Shown here one piece after another: positions 26,951 to 39,436 of a stretch of 64,000 bases of DNA. The notes under the pieces are model-generated. The model searched no databases. It saw only the letters and a list, made by a program, of their open reading frames with translations, and was not told where the DNA came from. The position numbers and the translations under genes were made by a program. Numbering within the stretch: position 1 is the first letter of the stretch; each line of letters starts with the position of its first letter. This stretch comes from Octopus vulgaris (taxonomy: Eukaryota): assembly GCA_951406725.2 (NCBI GenBank), contig OX597839.1, positions 15,748,001-15,812,000 of the forward strand, read 5' to 3'.

Positions 26951-28462
26951 GAGAGAGAGAGAGAGGCTTTCTTTCAGTTGCCATCAACCAAATCCACTCA
27001 CAAGGATTTATTGAGCTGGCAGGTCCTAATAGAAGATATTTGTCCAAGGTGCCACACAACAGGATTGAACCTAAAACCACATGTTTGAGAAGCAAACTTC
27101 TTAACCAGCCATGCAACGACTTATGTTGATTTCTGACTGGATACAATACCAATCTTTACATGGATAAGATCACGATTTTATCATTGCCACATTAGCCACA
27201 TTATCAGAGGAAACGATATGCAAAGCACACAGCAGCAGTGTTCCGACTTCAAACACCCAAGACTTCATACAAAATATTGACGGTAAAATAGTTTTTAGTT
27301 TTCTTTGAAATATTAAATGTAAAGTTATCTTGTTTAAAAGCCTTCCACAAGGGCACGATTAGTTTAATGTTGATCCGTATTATTATTTGAGAAAATGAAA
27401 ACAAAATTTAGCTGTGGATGTAAACTGAGTATCAAAAATATGGAGGATAAAAGAGAGGTGGAAAGACAAGGGAAGGGGGAGGAGGAAGAGGAGGGAGGTG
27501 TGGGGCAGAGGAGGGAGAGGGGGCGGAGGAGGGAGAGGGGGGAGGGGGTGAAAGAAAAATAGATTCCAATGTTTTAAGTTTCTGCAGGGTTTATCAGCTT
27601 CAATCTTTGAAGAATAATGTCACAGTTAAGGCAACTTAATTTTGAACCCTTCCATTTCTGCCAACCACAAACAATAAGAATGACTCCATATGACTGACTA
27701 CTACTACATGGCTGTTCAACTTACTTGAAACAACAACCAAATCTCCCTTAAATCACACCAATCAACTTAAAAATAGAAAGGGCACACTGGAAAAGAATTT
27801 CCAGGAGAAGAGAAGGTGAAAATGTCTTGAAAAGAGGACCCAATCAGCTTAACGAGGTTCTAGACAGATTGTGCCAAAGAAAAATAGAATAATTGTGTCA
27901 GGAATGCTTTTGATGAAGGAACTTCTCAATCAGGGTTGACTGCTCAAGGGGTTAAACAATAACAAGAACCACAAGAACAGAAACGAGGTAGTCTCTATTC
28001 AATCTGTCGAAAAAAAAAATAGCACCAAAATCTCCAAATGCCACTCTAAAACCTTAATTAGAAAAAAAGAAAGGTACATGACATAACAAGGTTGGAGGTG
28101 GGGGGGTTAGTTATAGTACTGCTGCAAAATAAATAAAAGATGGTATGTTCATGGCTTGGACAGTCTTGATCATACGGCTGATATCAGCTGATCGGAGGGT
28201 TGGGGAATGGAGCTAAAAGCAATAATTGCCCCAACTGTAATAACAAAAAATGCTGATAATCATTTCTGACATAAAGACAGGGCCACAAATTTGTGCAAAG
28301 GAGTATGATGTTTTATGGACCCTGACAGGATGAAAGGCTAAGTTGACTTCACAGGAGTTGAGCTCGTGCCAATGAAAGGGGGCTCTAAATACCATAGGGA
28401 ATTTGGTCTGATGTTTTTAATGAGTCTGCCAATCCACTACCTTTAATTAATTAATAATGACA

Positions 28463-28882
28463 GGTGCAGGCATTTACCTGTATGGTAAGAAGCTGGCTTC
28501 CCACCAACATCATTCCAGGTTCACACCTACTGCTTGGTACTGTGGGTCTTCCACTATAACCCTGGGTTGTTTAAAGCCTTATGAATGGATTTGGTAGAGA
28601 GAAACTGAAAGAAACCTGTTGCATACATGTGTGTGTGTGTGTGCATGTTATAGTCTCTTTGTCTTGATATTGTGTGATAATTGTAAAGGAGTGTCACCGT
28701 TATGCAAACGGTGTCCTTTGTTCTCCTGTGAAAACCTGTCAGAAATGGAGGAATATTACCTTATTTGGAATCAGGCAAAGGTTGGTGATAGGAAGAGTAT
28801 CCAGCTACAGAAAAATCTGCCTCTACAAATCCTGTCCAACCCATGCCAGCATGGAAAAGTAGACATTAAATGGATGATGATA
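28463..28882 (+). mobile_element. SINE with family-A head but a different body and an RTE-type tail
   Basis: Head through GGATTTGGTAGA..GAAACTGAAAGAA, (TG)n, unrelated body, then AGGAAGAGTATCCAGC..CCAACCCATGCCAGCATGGAAA..(GAT)n. Confidence 0.75.
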
Positions 28883-29988
28883 AATGGCTTATTCTATTTG
28901 GCAAAGGAGCAATGGACAAAGATACATTACTCGGAGAAATTACAAAAATGGTGTGGTTTTATATGATAATGGGGAAATAAAAAATGAGGGCAATAATTTC
29001 TAATAAAGGCACAATGACAGATTCTTGGGATGAAAGGGTCTGATTAAATCAACCCCAAAACTTAACTAATTTTCATTGTTTTGAGGTTGATAAAGTAGCA
29101 AAGCTGAGTGGGATAACAAGATTTGAAACTCGGAATCAAAAACAAACCAACAAAATATCACAAGGCATTGTTTTGTTAGACATTCTAACAATTCTTCCAA
29201 CCCAATAACCACAACATTTGATTATGAAGATCATAATCATCATCATCACAACCAGCAATATGAAATATCAGACAGAAGGATGGTGGAGGACATAGAAGTT
29301 TTTGATTGTATGAAGTCTGCTGAAGTACATATGGCATAGCAAACAAAATCATTTATAATAAATAAGATTATGAAAAATGGAAATTTCAAAGTCTTATTTA
29401 GTTCAGTGTCAGTGAAACAGTCTCAAATCTCAGTAGACAACAATATTCCTGGTTGGAGAACTGGGACAGAAATTTTCTTAAGTGCAGAGAGAGATATTTA
29501 AACGAATACATAACAATATGAAATGAAATATGAAAATGGTGAAAAGGAGAGAGTAGAGATTTATAAGGGCACACACACTGTTGTTGGGAAAAGACAGAGA
29601 AAAAGGAAAAAACAATCCTGCCATAACAACCACCGAGGATTACAGAAGACTTATAGACTATACAATGCATACAATAATGGCATTATTATAGAATATTGTA
29701 GATATGTGGGGTGGGGTGGGGGATAAAATATGCGCATGCACACACAGAGGTTTATCTATATGTATAAACACACACACACATATATATATATGTATATATA
29801 TATACACACACACACATACTTATATTGTACACACACATATATATATATATACACACACATTTATATTGTACACACACACATATATGTACATATGGCACTC
29901 CCTCCACCCTTACTCGTGTAATCCTTCTATTTAGATATATATATATATATACACACACACACTTATATTGTACGCACACACACACATA

Positions 29989-30032
<44 letters not shown>

Positions 30033-30128
30033 TACTTATATTGTACACACACACACATATGACACACACACAAACAAGTATACATTTATACATATGCAAA
30101 CATACAAATATACGTGTATGAGTGTGTA

Positions 30129-30164
<36 letters not shown>

Positions 30165-30404
30165 AATATATATACACACACGTGTGTGCATGTACGTATA
30201 CACACACACACACACACACAATTATATACATACATTACATGTGTGTGTGCATATATACATATGTAACCATACACATACCACATATACACACACACACACA
30301 CACATTTCAGTACATGTGTTCTAAAAAGATAGTACTTTTGTGGTTGTGTAACCAGCATTTGACCTTGATTGCTCCAGTTTTCTTTCTTGTGTCACAGAGT
30401 AAAC

Positions 30405-31505
30405 ATGGCCATGTGCACCAAGGAGGAAAAGATAAGTGATCTGATTTCTCAGGTCTGAAGATGTGTCAGGGGCTGAAATACATCACAGGCTTTCAGTACA
30501 ATAAGGGAACAATGCTCAACCATGCACAAGTGCAGATAGACAAGTGTAAAAATGGTCGGACAAATATGATGCATGAAGAGGGGATAGGGTGCTCATCAAC
30601 CTCCACCACTGGGCAAACTTGAGAGAGGGTCCTAGCAAACCAATGAGTGACGGTCAATGAAGTGGCATGTTCTCTGCAAATTAATCAGGGTCCTTGTGTA
30701 TGAAATATTATCCATGACAAGCTTCACTTACATCATAAAGTCTGTGTAAGGTGAGTGCCAAGAGAGCTTACAAAATGCATAAGCACAACCATGTGCAGAT
30801 CTATCAACAGTTACCCAACCCCTAAAATGATGAAGGTGAAGTTTTTCTGGGGAGAATAGCCACAGGAGGTGAGCTAGATTCCAAAAGGCAGAGTATGGAG
30901 AGGAAATATCAGTGATTGTCAATAAAAAAAGAAACTTGAGACTCAGTATTTTGCAGAAAAAGTGATACCAGCAATTTTCGGGCACACAAAAGAGACCTGT
31001 ACTGAAACATTATCTGGAAAAGGGGTTTTATATTTAGCAGTGTAGACCACAGTGAAATACTGGTCAACAAACCGAAACAAGCAATTCATGCCAAATGCCG
31101 AGATCTAATGGCAAATCAAGCAATATCATAGCACAACAATGTGTGCCCACATACAGCTGTGCCGACACCATTGTAATCATTGAAAAACTGGGTTTCAAGT
31201 TGCCGGGACACAGCCTGCATGCAGTCCAGATCTTGACCCTTCTGACTATCACTTGTTTGGACAGCTCAAATATCTTTTATGAGTCATCAATTTGAAACTG
31301 ATAAAAGTAGCACAGGAAACAGCAAAAAAGAAAAATGGCTGCATGACCATTCACAAGCCACCTTCTCCAATGGAATAAGAAAGCTTGTGGACAGCAGGAA
31401 GAAGTGCATGGAAAAGCAAGATGACTTCATCAAAAAACAATGCAATTGTTCAACCCTTGCTTTTGTTTTAGTAAATTACACTAAGAGTGTGTATAAGTGA
31501 CCCTG
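30405..31505 (+). pseudogene. Mariner (Tc1/mariner) transposase remnant
   Basis: CTKEE..SGAEIH.RLSVQ N-terminus, KVCVR*VPRELT (WVPREL-type motif, ~30737-30772), CSPDLDPSDYHLFGQLK (YSPDLAP motif, ~31220-31270) and FSNGIRKLVD..KKCMEKQ. Many stops and frameshifts. Confidence 0.88.
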
Positions 31506-31833
31506 TGCGTGCATATACATGTATATATACATAGACTTATATACATATAGAAACACACACATAAAATATATATGCATATACACACACATTTAGAGTGGGC
31601 CTCTTTCAGATCCACTCACAAGGTTTTGATTGGCCCAAGGTGTCACACAGTGGGACTGAACCCACAACTATGTATTTGGGAAGCAAAGTTAACCACACAG
31701 CCACCCCTGCACCTATAAAACACACACACAGAGGAAAAGGGAGAATTACCAATTGTTTAGTTTAACCTTTAATATTTGAATATGTGTAATATGCATGTGT
31801 GTGTGTGTGTGTGTATTTATATATGTGTATATA

Positions 31834-32308
31834 TACAAGGGGGTGCTGAAAAGTTTCTCGCATTAAGGGTGTCATGAAAGGCCTGGCTGGAGGCCTAACC
31901 TTTCGAGTTCTTTTAAAGGGCTTAGAAAAACTGAAGGACTGCTGCAATAAGTGTGTGAATCTGAGAGGAGAATTTATTTATTTTATTTCATCTAGTTTCA
32001 GCTCACAAGCTGTGGCCATGCTGGGGCACCGCCATTTGGTGTTGCTACATAATTTTACTTCACAAATGCTTTTTAGTTATTGACATTTGGTGCATGAGAG
32101 AGTTTGATGCAGCTGCCCTCATCTGCACTTCCTGCCGCAAAGTTGGTTCATCTGGGACACTTAACAGGAAGAGTTGGTTCATCTGGGACACTTAACAGGA
32201 AGAGGTCCAGCTTTATTTTAAAGAATATGTTGAATAAAGTCATAATTAACTGATCTTTACGTATTTTTCTTTTACCCAAAGCCAGGAACTTTTCAGCACC
32301 ACCTCATG
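31834..32308 (+). mobile_element. Mariner-derived MITE interrupted by a LINE 3' fragment
   Basis: TIRs GGTGCTGAAAAGTT.. / ..AACTTTTCAGCACC. Internal GLEKLKDCCNKCVNLRGE|YVE* resembles a mariner C-terminus. An uninterrupted copy lies at 45758-45976. Confidence 0.85.
31974..32224 (-). mobile_element. 5'-truncated 3' end of the CR1 family seen at 1-2469
   Basis: Reverse complement aligns to ~2340-2467. Probable AGAAT target duplication (31969-31973 / 32222-32226). Internal 31-bp tandem duplication at 32141-32202. Confidence 0.85.
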
Positions 32309-33316
32309 TACACACACACCAAGTATCATGTATTTTACAACCTCTGTGTTCAGTTATATTCCCTATATTTTGTGTAGTATACACCCCACCCTTTTACTCA
32401 GTGCACAGAGATAAGCTTAAGTATTTAATGAAAAACAACTAAGGTGTCACTCAATAGGGCCCAATTAACCCAAACACAGATCAGAATTTACCAGAAAGAT
32501 TTAGTCAGCATGCTGTACATTCCAGGAATCTTCCAACTGACTGACCGACCAGCTTTCTTTATATTTCAAAACACCAAAGAGGGAGGCAAAACAGCTAACA
32601 TTGTTTACAATAAGTTCTACCTCTCTTTAACTCCACCTCCCACCACCACCACTACGCCATCAAAGAAAGTCAGAAATATCTGATACACAATGGTATGTTA
32701 AAAAACCAGTTCTTCCATTCTTTTACAGGTTCTAGGCACTGGAGTGGATGGAAGAAGTGTCTGGGAAATGCCAATTTTGTTTTAGAGTATGTGTGAAAAA
32801 AAAAAAAAGTTTTGGTGATAAGTAAGATGCTTAAGAAACCAAATAGATATGGAAACGAACTGCCAAGCCATACTTTTTGAATTCAAATGCACTGCAGGAA
32901 TTTTGTAGTGTATTTTTGGCCAGCACCTTCATTCTATACACCTTAGTTTGCTTTATCTGCTGGGAATAAAGAACCAAATTATCTGGCAATGTTACCAGTA
33001 ATAATCTTATATCTGATATAATAAGCAGGGAGAATAAATTTTATCTTTCACACTGCACAGCTAAAAAAACTCCCTTGGGTGTTTTGATAGATTTACACAT
33101 AATTTTTTCTGTTTTCTCTCAAATTTAACTGAAAGAGCTCCTCAATTGGAATAATAGAAGGGTCACAGATATTCAAATATATCATAGCATTAACCCTTTA
33201 AAAACCCAACTGCGTCAGCTATTGGTTTTATGAGACAAAACTGTCCATTTCAAATTGCTCCTGTCTAAATTAAAAATGTTATAAGTGTAGATAAGAATCT
33301 TTTCTTATATTCCAAA

Positions 33317-33500
33317 CATCATTTAACATCCATTTTCCATGCTTTAATTGCTTGGACAATTTGACAGGAGCTGGCTAGCCAAGACAGCTGCACCAGGCTC
33401 CAGTCATCTGTTTCTGTATAGTTTCTTGGGTTGGAAGCCCTTCCTAACACCAACCACTTTACAAGGTGTACTGGGTGCTTTTTACCTGGTGCCAGCACTA
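33317..33500 (-). mobile_element. RTE-type 3' tail
   Basis: CATTTAACATCCATTTTCCATGC...GCCCTTCCTAACACCAACCAC. Confidence 0.75.
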
Positions 33501-34194
33501 GTTTAGTAATGAAAAATGTAATATATTTACTAAATCCCACCAAATTCTTAATTATTTTCAAAATTTACATATGCAGGATATTTCATTGGAAATGTTATCA
33601 CACAGTCTTTACTTAAAAAAAAGTCCAAGAATATCCTTTAAAAAAAAAGGACCACATAACTTGTAAAAATCTCTACCAATTAATCAAAGCAAGCTTGAGT
33701 AAACTATATTTTGTTAACAAGGTCTAATAAGACTGAAACATGTCTGAAGCTCAGATGACTTCCCCCAACAATGAACATACAATTTCCAGCAAAATTTATC
33801 TCTTGAAATTATCTCCTCTATTTTTGAGATTCACCAAGTCTTTTGTCTTCTTTCTCCAACTAAGAGGTAGACTTTAATTATTATTATTATTTTTTTCTTT
33901 TTGTATACACCATTGTGTACATTATAACCTACCTGAATTATCTCAATTCATGCTGCTGACCCATTTAAGCTATCTCCTCAAGCTGTCTTCTTATAATTAC
34001 ACTGAAACCTGGAGCTTTATATTATTCTAAGTAGATACTTCCCTTAACTCTTTAGTTACCTACCATACATCTAAATCTCATCTTCAACAGGATGTCAGTC
34101 TCGGCACTGTTTACATTCCCCATTTAATATTATCTCTAATTCAACATTCTTTTATGACAAGAATGCAGAGATAGTTAGTTACCTATGTATTCCC

Positions 34195-34555
34195 TTCTAA
34201 TATAGGCACAAGGCCTGAAATTTTAGGAAGGGAGCGATCCAGTTACATCGACTCCAAAGCACTTATAACAACAAAAAGAGGAAAGGGTAAGTCAACCTAG
34301 GTAGGATTTGAACTCGGAATGTAAAGATGGATAAAATGTTGCAAAGTCTTTAATGACTGCTATGCTAATGCTTTAATGTCCTTATTCTCTGCTATGCTAA
34401 TGGTTCTGCCAGTTCAGTGCCTTAGAGTTACCTGTGTATTGGTTCCAAATTTTAGCACAAGGCCAGCAATTTCAGGAGATGAGGTAAGTCAATTACATCA
34501 ACCCCAGTGCTCAACTGGTACTTATTTTATCAACCCCAAAAGGATGAACAGCAAA
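34195..34555 (-). mobile_element. SINE family B, two decayed or partial copies
   Basis: Family-B motifs. Confidence 0.7.
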
Positions 34556-34592
34556 GATTTATATATACCTATATATTGCAACAACATTCTCA

Positions 34593-34998
34593 GGCGTAAA
34601 AGTGGCTGTGTGGTAAGTAGCTTGCTTATTAACTACATGGCACCTTGGGCAAGTGTCTTCTACTATAGTCTCAGGCCGACCAAAGCCTTGTGAGTGGATT
34701 TGGTAAACAGAAACTGAAAGAAGCCCATATATATCAAACACAGACATACAAACATGCACATACACACATATACATATATATATATATGTCTGTGTTTGTT
34801 CCCCCCAACATCACTTGACAACCGATGCTGGTGTATTTACGTCCTCGTAACTTAGCAGTTCAGCAAAAGAGACCGATAGAATAAGTACTAGGCTTACAAA
34901 AAATAAGTCCTGGGGTCGATTTGCTCAACTAAAGGCAGTGCTCCAGCATGGCCACAGTCAAATGACTGAAACAAGTAAAAGAGTAAAGAGTAAAAGAG
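34593..34998 (+). mobile_element. SINE family A
   Basis: Head with small deletion, body and tail ending in GAGTAAA repeats. Confidence 0.87.
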
Positions 34999-35320
34999 AT
35001 CTATTTCGAAGAGTGTGTTTAATTAAATAATATTGGCATGTTTAGTAGTAAAATAGACTAACCTTTATGTTTATATTACTGGTTGTATTAAAGACATACT
35101 TTCGAGTATCTAACAGCCTAACTAAATACATTCCATCTTTATCCAGGACTTTAAGTGATAAAACTCTTAAGACATCTAATTGAGTTCAACTAAAGAATGA
35201 TTGGTTGTTTTGTTTTCTCTTTCAGCTTGTCTGCTAAAAACATCAGCCTCCAATGCTCTCTTTCACACACTCAACACTACAAATACACAACCAACACACA
35301 CACACATATATATATATGTA

Positions 35321-35450
35321 TACACAAACCATACAACACCATAAACACACACACACACATATATATATATGTATACACAAACCATACAACACCATAAACA
35401 CACACACACACACATATATATATGTATACACAAACCATACAACACCATAA

Positions 35451-35485
<35 letters not shown>

Positions 35486-35825
35486 CACAAACCATACAAC
35501 ACCATAAACACACACACACATACATATATACACAAACCATACAACACCATAAACACACACACACACACACACATATATACACAAACCATACAACACCATA
35601 AACACACACACACATATATACACAAACCATACAACACCATAAACACACACACACATACATATATACACAAACCATACAACACCATAAACACACACACACA
35701 CACACACATACATATATATATCTATATATATACACAAACCATACAACACCATAAACACACACACACACACACATACATATATATATCTATATATATACAC
35801 AAACCATACAACACCATAAACACAC

Positions 35826-35872
<47 letters not shown>

Positions 35873-35905
35873 CACAAACCATACAACACCATAAACACAC
35901 ACACA
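35321..35905. repeat. Minisatellite: 11 copies of invariant CACAAACCATACAACACCATAAA separated by variable (CA)n(TA)n
   Basis: Counted by eye. Confidence 0.92.
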
Positions 35906-36686
35906 CTCATACATCCACACACGTAATCCATTGCACATGCATATTGCCACTACAGAATCATTCACGTTACACACACACACACACACTCCTACTACTCAAT
36001 ATCCAAACAAACCTACCCTAATTATGTTAGATTTGTACAAGAAATGAATTGGAAAACCAAAACAAAATATGGTTTTTCTCAATAAGTAAACCACCAAATG
36101 GACTTGGCAGTAACAGCACAATCACTGCCACCACCACCACCACCACCACATGAACTAACAGTACTACCACCACCACCACCGTCCCAGTATTGCTGCTGCT
36201 GTTGCTACAACTAAGGTCAAATGGACAGACAACATTTTTGTTAGTAAATAAAGTGATATCTGTAGGCACATTTCAGTCTTATTAGACCTCATTAGCATAA
36301 TAGTCTTCTCCAATCAGCTTTGGTCAGTATAAGTTACATGAAGTAAGCTAAAGGAAATAATTATATTTTTATCCCAAATATGAGAATTCAAATTTGTGCG
36401 GATATTAATTGTTAATTTCTTGAAATTGTCTTCCCTTCTCTTTGTGAGAAGTTTTGCAGCAGTCATTCAACATACAACCTACATGAAGGTACATTAGATG
36501 TGTGTGTGTGGGTGGGTGTATAGGGACAGGCGTGGTTGTGTGCTGAGAAGTATGCTTCCCCAACCACATGGTTCCAGGTTAAGTCCCACTGTGTGGCACC
36601 TTCAGCAAGTGTCTTCTACTATAGCCTTGGGCTAACTAACCGAAGCCATGTGAGTGCACTTGCTAGGCGGAAACCGAAAAAAGTCC

Positions 36687-36723
<37 letters not shown>

Positions 36724-37453
36724 TGTCTGTGTGTTAATTCCTTCGACTAAGACCCTATAAGATGATGCTCTAGCATGGCCGGTCGAATGACTGACACATG
36801 TAAACAAATAAATGAATATATGTAAAGAAATTGAAATAACAAAGGAATAAGCAATTATGCTATGCACTGCATAAGCTTACAGCCGTTTCTGCTATACAAT
36901 GCTGTGGACCTAGTTGAGAACCTGGATAATAACAGCTCATAGCTTCATTGAAATGCAATTTATTTGGTAAATCATTTACATTTATGCATATACACAGCTT
37001 ATTAGTATTGTAATGCCTAAGCAAAATATTGAAAGATGCACACACACACATAAAACAGGCGGAGATAGTGAGGGAGAGGGACACGAAGATATTGGTCGTC
37101 ATGCAAAGATTATACACCACCAGAGATATAAAGACTTGTAAGATGTCAAACCTTCATCTTACAAACACATAAATATAGGAAAATGGCAATACTGCCTTTG
37201 TTTTGCCGTAAGCCAATCCAGATCCAACCAACTTATCAAATACATTCCAACTATGACCATCCTGTCTTTTTACAGACAAGATTAGAATTAGTACTCCATT
37301 ATCACATTATCCACTAGGTCTTCCTATTTTTAAGAACTCCAGAAAATGATTTAAGATAGATTTGGTTGCTATTTCTAGCAGATCAAGCCATGATATCGAG
37401 ATGCCCTCATTGGTTTGTTTTGTTTGTGGAAATATATGCTTATCTTGGATATA

Positions 37454-37622
37454 GGCGCAAGAGTGGATGTGGTTAGTAACTTGCTTACCAATCACATGGT
37501 TCCAGGTTCAGTCCCACTGCATAGCACCTTGGGCAAGTGTCCTCTACTATAGCCTCGGGCCGACCAAAGCCTTGTGAGTGGATTTGGTAGACGGAAACTG
37601 AAAGAAGCCCGTCGTATATATG

Positions 37623-37682
<60 letters not shown>

Positions 37683-37915
37683 TTCCCTCAACATCGCTTG
37701 ACAACCAATGCTGGTGTGTGTTTGTCCCCTCAACATCGCTTGACAACCGATGCTGGTGTGTTTACATCCCTGTAACTTAGCGGTTCGGCAAAAGAGACCA
37801 ATAGAATAAGTACTAGGTTTACAAAGAATAAGTCCTGGGGTCGATTTGCTCGACTAAAGGGGGTGCTCCAGCATGGCCACAGCCAAATGACTGAAACAAA
37901 TAAAAGAGAAAAAAA
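37454..37915 (+). mobile_element. SINE family A, full length, with ~42-bp internal duplication
   Basis: Near-consensus; CAACATCGCTTGACAACC occurs twice within 37678-37760. Confidence 0.9.
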
Positions 37916-38481
37916 GAGATATAACGCCTAGTTCCTTCTGTAAAAATTTAAAAAACACCAAGGAATTTGCTTGTGAAAGGAGTGACATTGTCAAGCATGT
38001 CTGCCAACCATGTTGCAAGTCTCCTCATATTCACATGGTTCCTCTCTGTGTAAAGCTCCAACTATTTGATAGCAAGTTTGCTCAAGCTGGTCATTATCTA
38101 ACACAAAATCAATCCAGTCAAATATCCTTTCCAATTTAATTATTTTTAATAAGAAAAAAAAGAGGGATAGAAAAACCCATCATTTAACATATAAAATATA
38201 ATTACTAATTGATTTCTTAGATACAATCTAACTTTATGATTTTGCATTTTCTTTTCTTTTCTTTTTTTTCTCATTGAACAACCAGCCATGAACAGAAACA
38301 GATCAATCATTGATTCACCAATGGATGATCAGAGATATGGTCGTTGTTTAGCCCTAGGACAGTCCTGATCCAGTTGATCTGCAATTGAAAACGCTAGACC
38401 TTTAACCATTCCACCTCACTTTCAGACACAGCACCTCCACGACCATACTATTCACAGTGTTTCCCCCCCCTTTTTTTTTAG

Positions 38482-38692
38482 CCCCAGTTGATACCAACCT
38501 ACCCAGGACTAACTACCCTTGGTCCTATGGTGCAAACTTCCTCTTTAAAACCTTCCACCAAGACTTCATGTTAATTTATGTTCCAAATACCAGCTTAATA
38601 GCAACAAAATTATTGAACTAAATTTTTGGTTATTTTCAAAATTAATTGGAACAAAGTAAGTGTATTTTGGCAGAAATATGAAAATGAAAGGG
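38482..38692. mobile_element. Old copy of the TTAA MITE family at 62855-63073, opposite orientation
   Basis: CTTCCACCAA..CTTCAT..AATTTATGTTCC..ACTAAATT..GAAAGGG matches the reverse complement of 62855-63073. Confidence 0.65.
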
Positions 38693-38994
38693 TTTAAAGA
38701 AAAAAGGTGTAATTTGAAGCGGGTGGAGGAGTTGGCTGATATTTTAAACTGCAAATTGCACCCCTCAATTCAACACGATACTTTTCAGAAACAATGTTAT
38801 ACCCTTGCCCTTTATAGAAAATTTTACATAAGAGACATGCATATAAGTGTCAAATAGCTAGACAGGGTTAACAGAATCCCCATACTGAAGACATCTCATC
38901 TGGTTGTTGCCTGGTACCTCTATTAACACAACCAAATATTGAAACAACAGAAAGAAATGACTCCAATTAAATGCACACATACACCACGTGTATA

Positions 38995-39040
<46 letters not shown>

Positions 39041-39328
39041 CAAATTTATTTCTCAGATACAGGACCTATTTTGTATGATGCAAAAGATTCTCAGGGAAAA
39101 TATGAGGAAAAAAAAGAAAAGAAAAACATGAACCACAAAATGAAATTTTTAAAATAAAGATTAAAAAAAAACGATAGCAAAAATACATAAGTAAATAAAT
39201 AAATAAATAGGCTTGGCTAATTTCTTAATCTCTGTGCCATCTTGAACACCCACCTATAGGATATAACGATAATTACTAATAGCTAATAATGACAGGACTT
39301 ATAATTAAATACAAAATAAAAGAAAATA

Positions 39329-39436
39329 TCAGGAAATTAGAACTAGGCCCCAGAACCTGCATATGACATTAACTGGCTGTAGTAACAGCCAGCAAATGCC
39401 ATGTGCAGATTCTGGGACCTGGTTCTCATTTCCTGA
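39329..39436. repeat. 52-bp imperfect inverted repeat with 4-nt loop
   Basis: 44 of 52 positions are Watson-Crick complementary. Confidence 0.88.

Noticed and set aside
35321-35905. CRISPR-like repeat-spacer appearance
   Set aside because: Spacers are simple CA/TA runs, there are no cas genes, and the context is eukaryotic.
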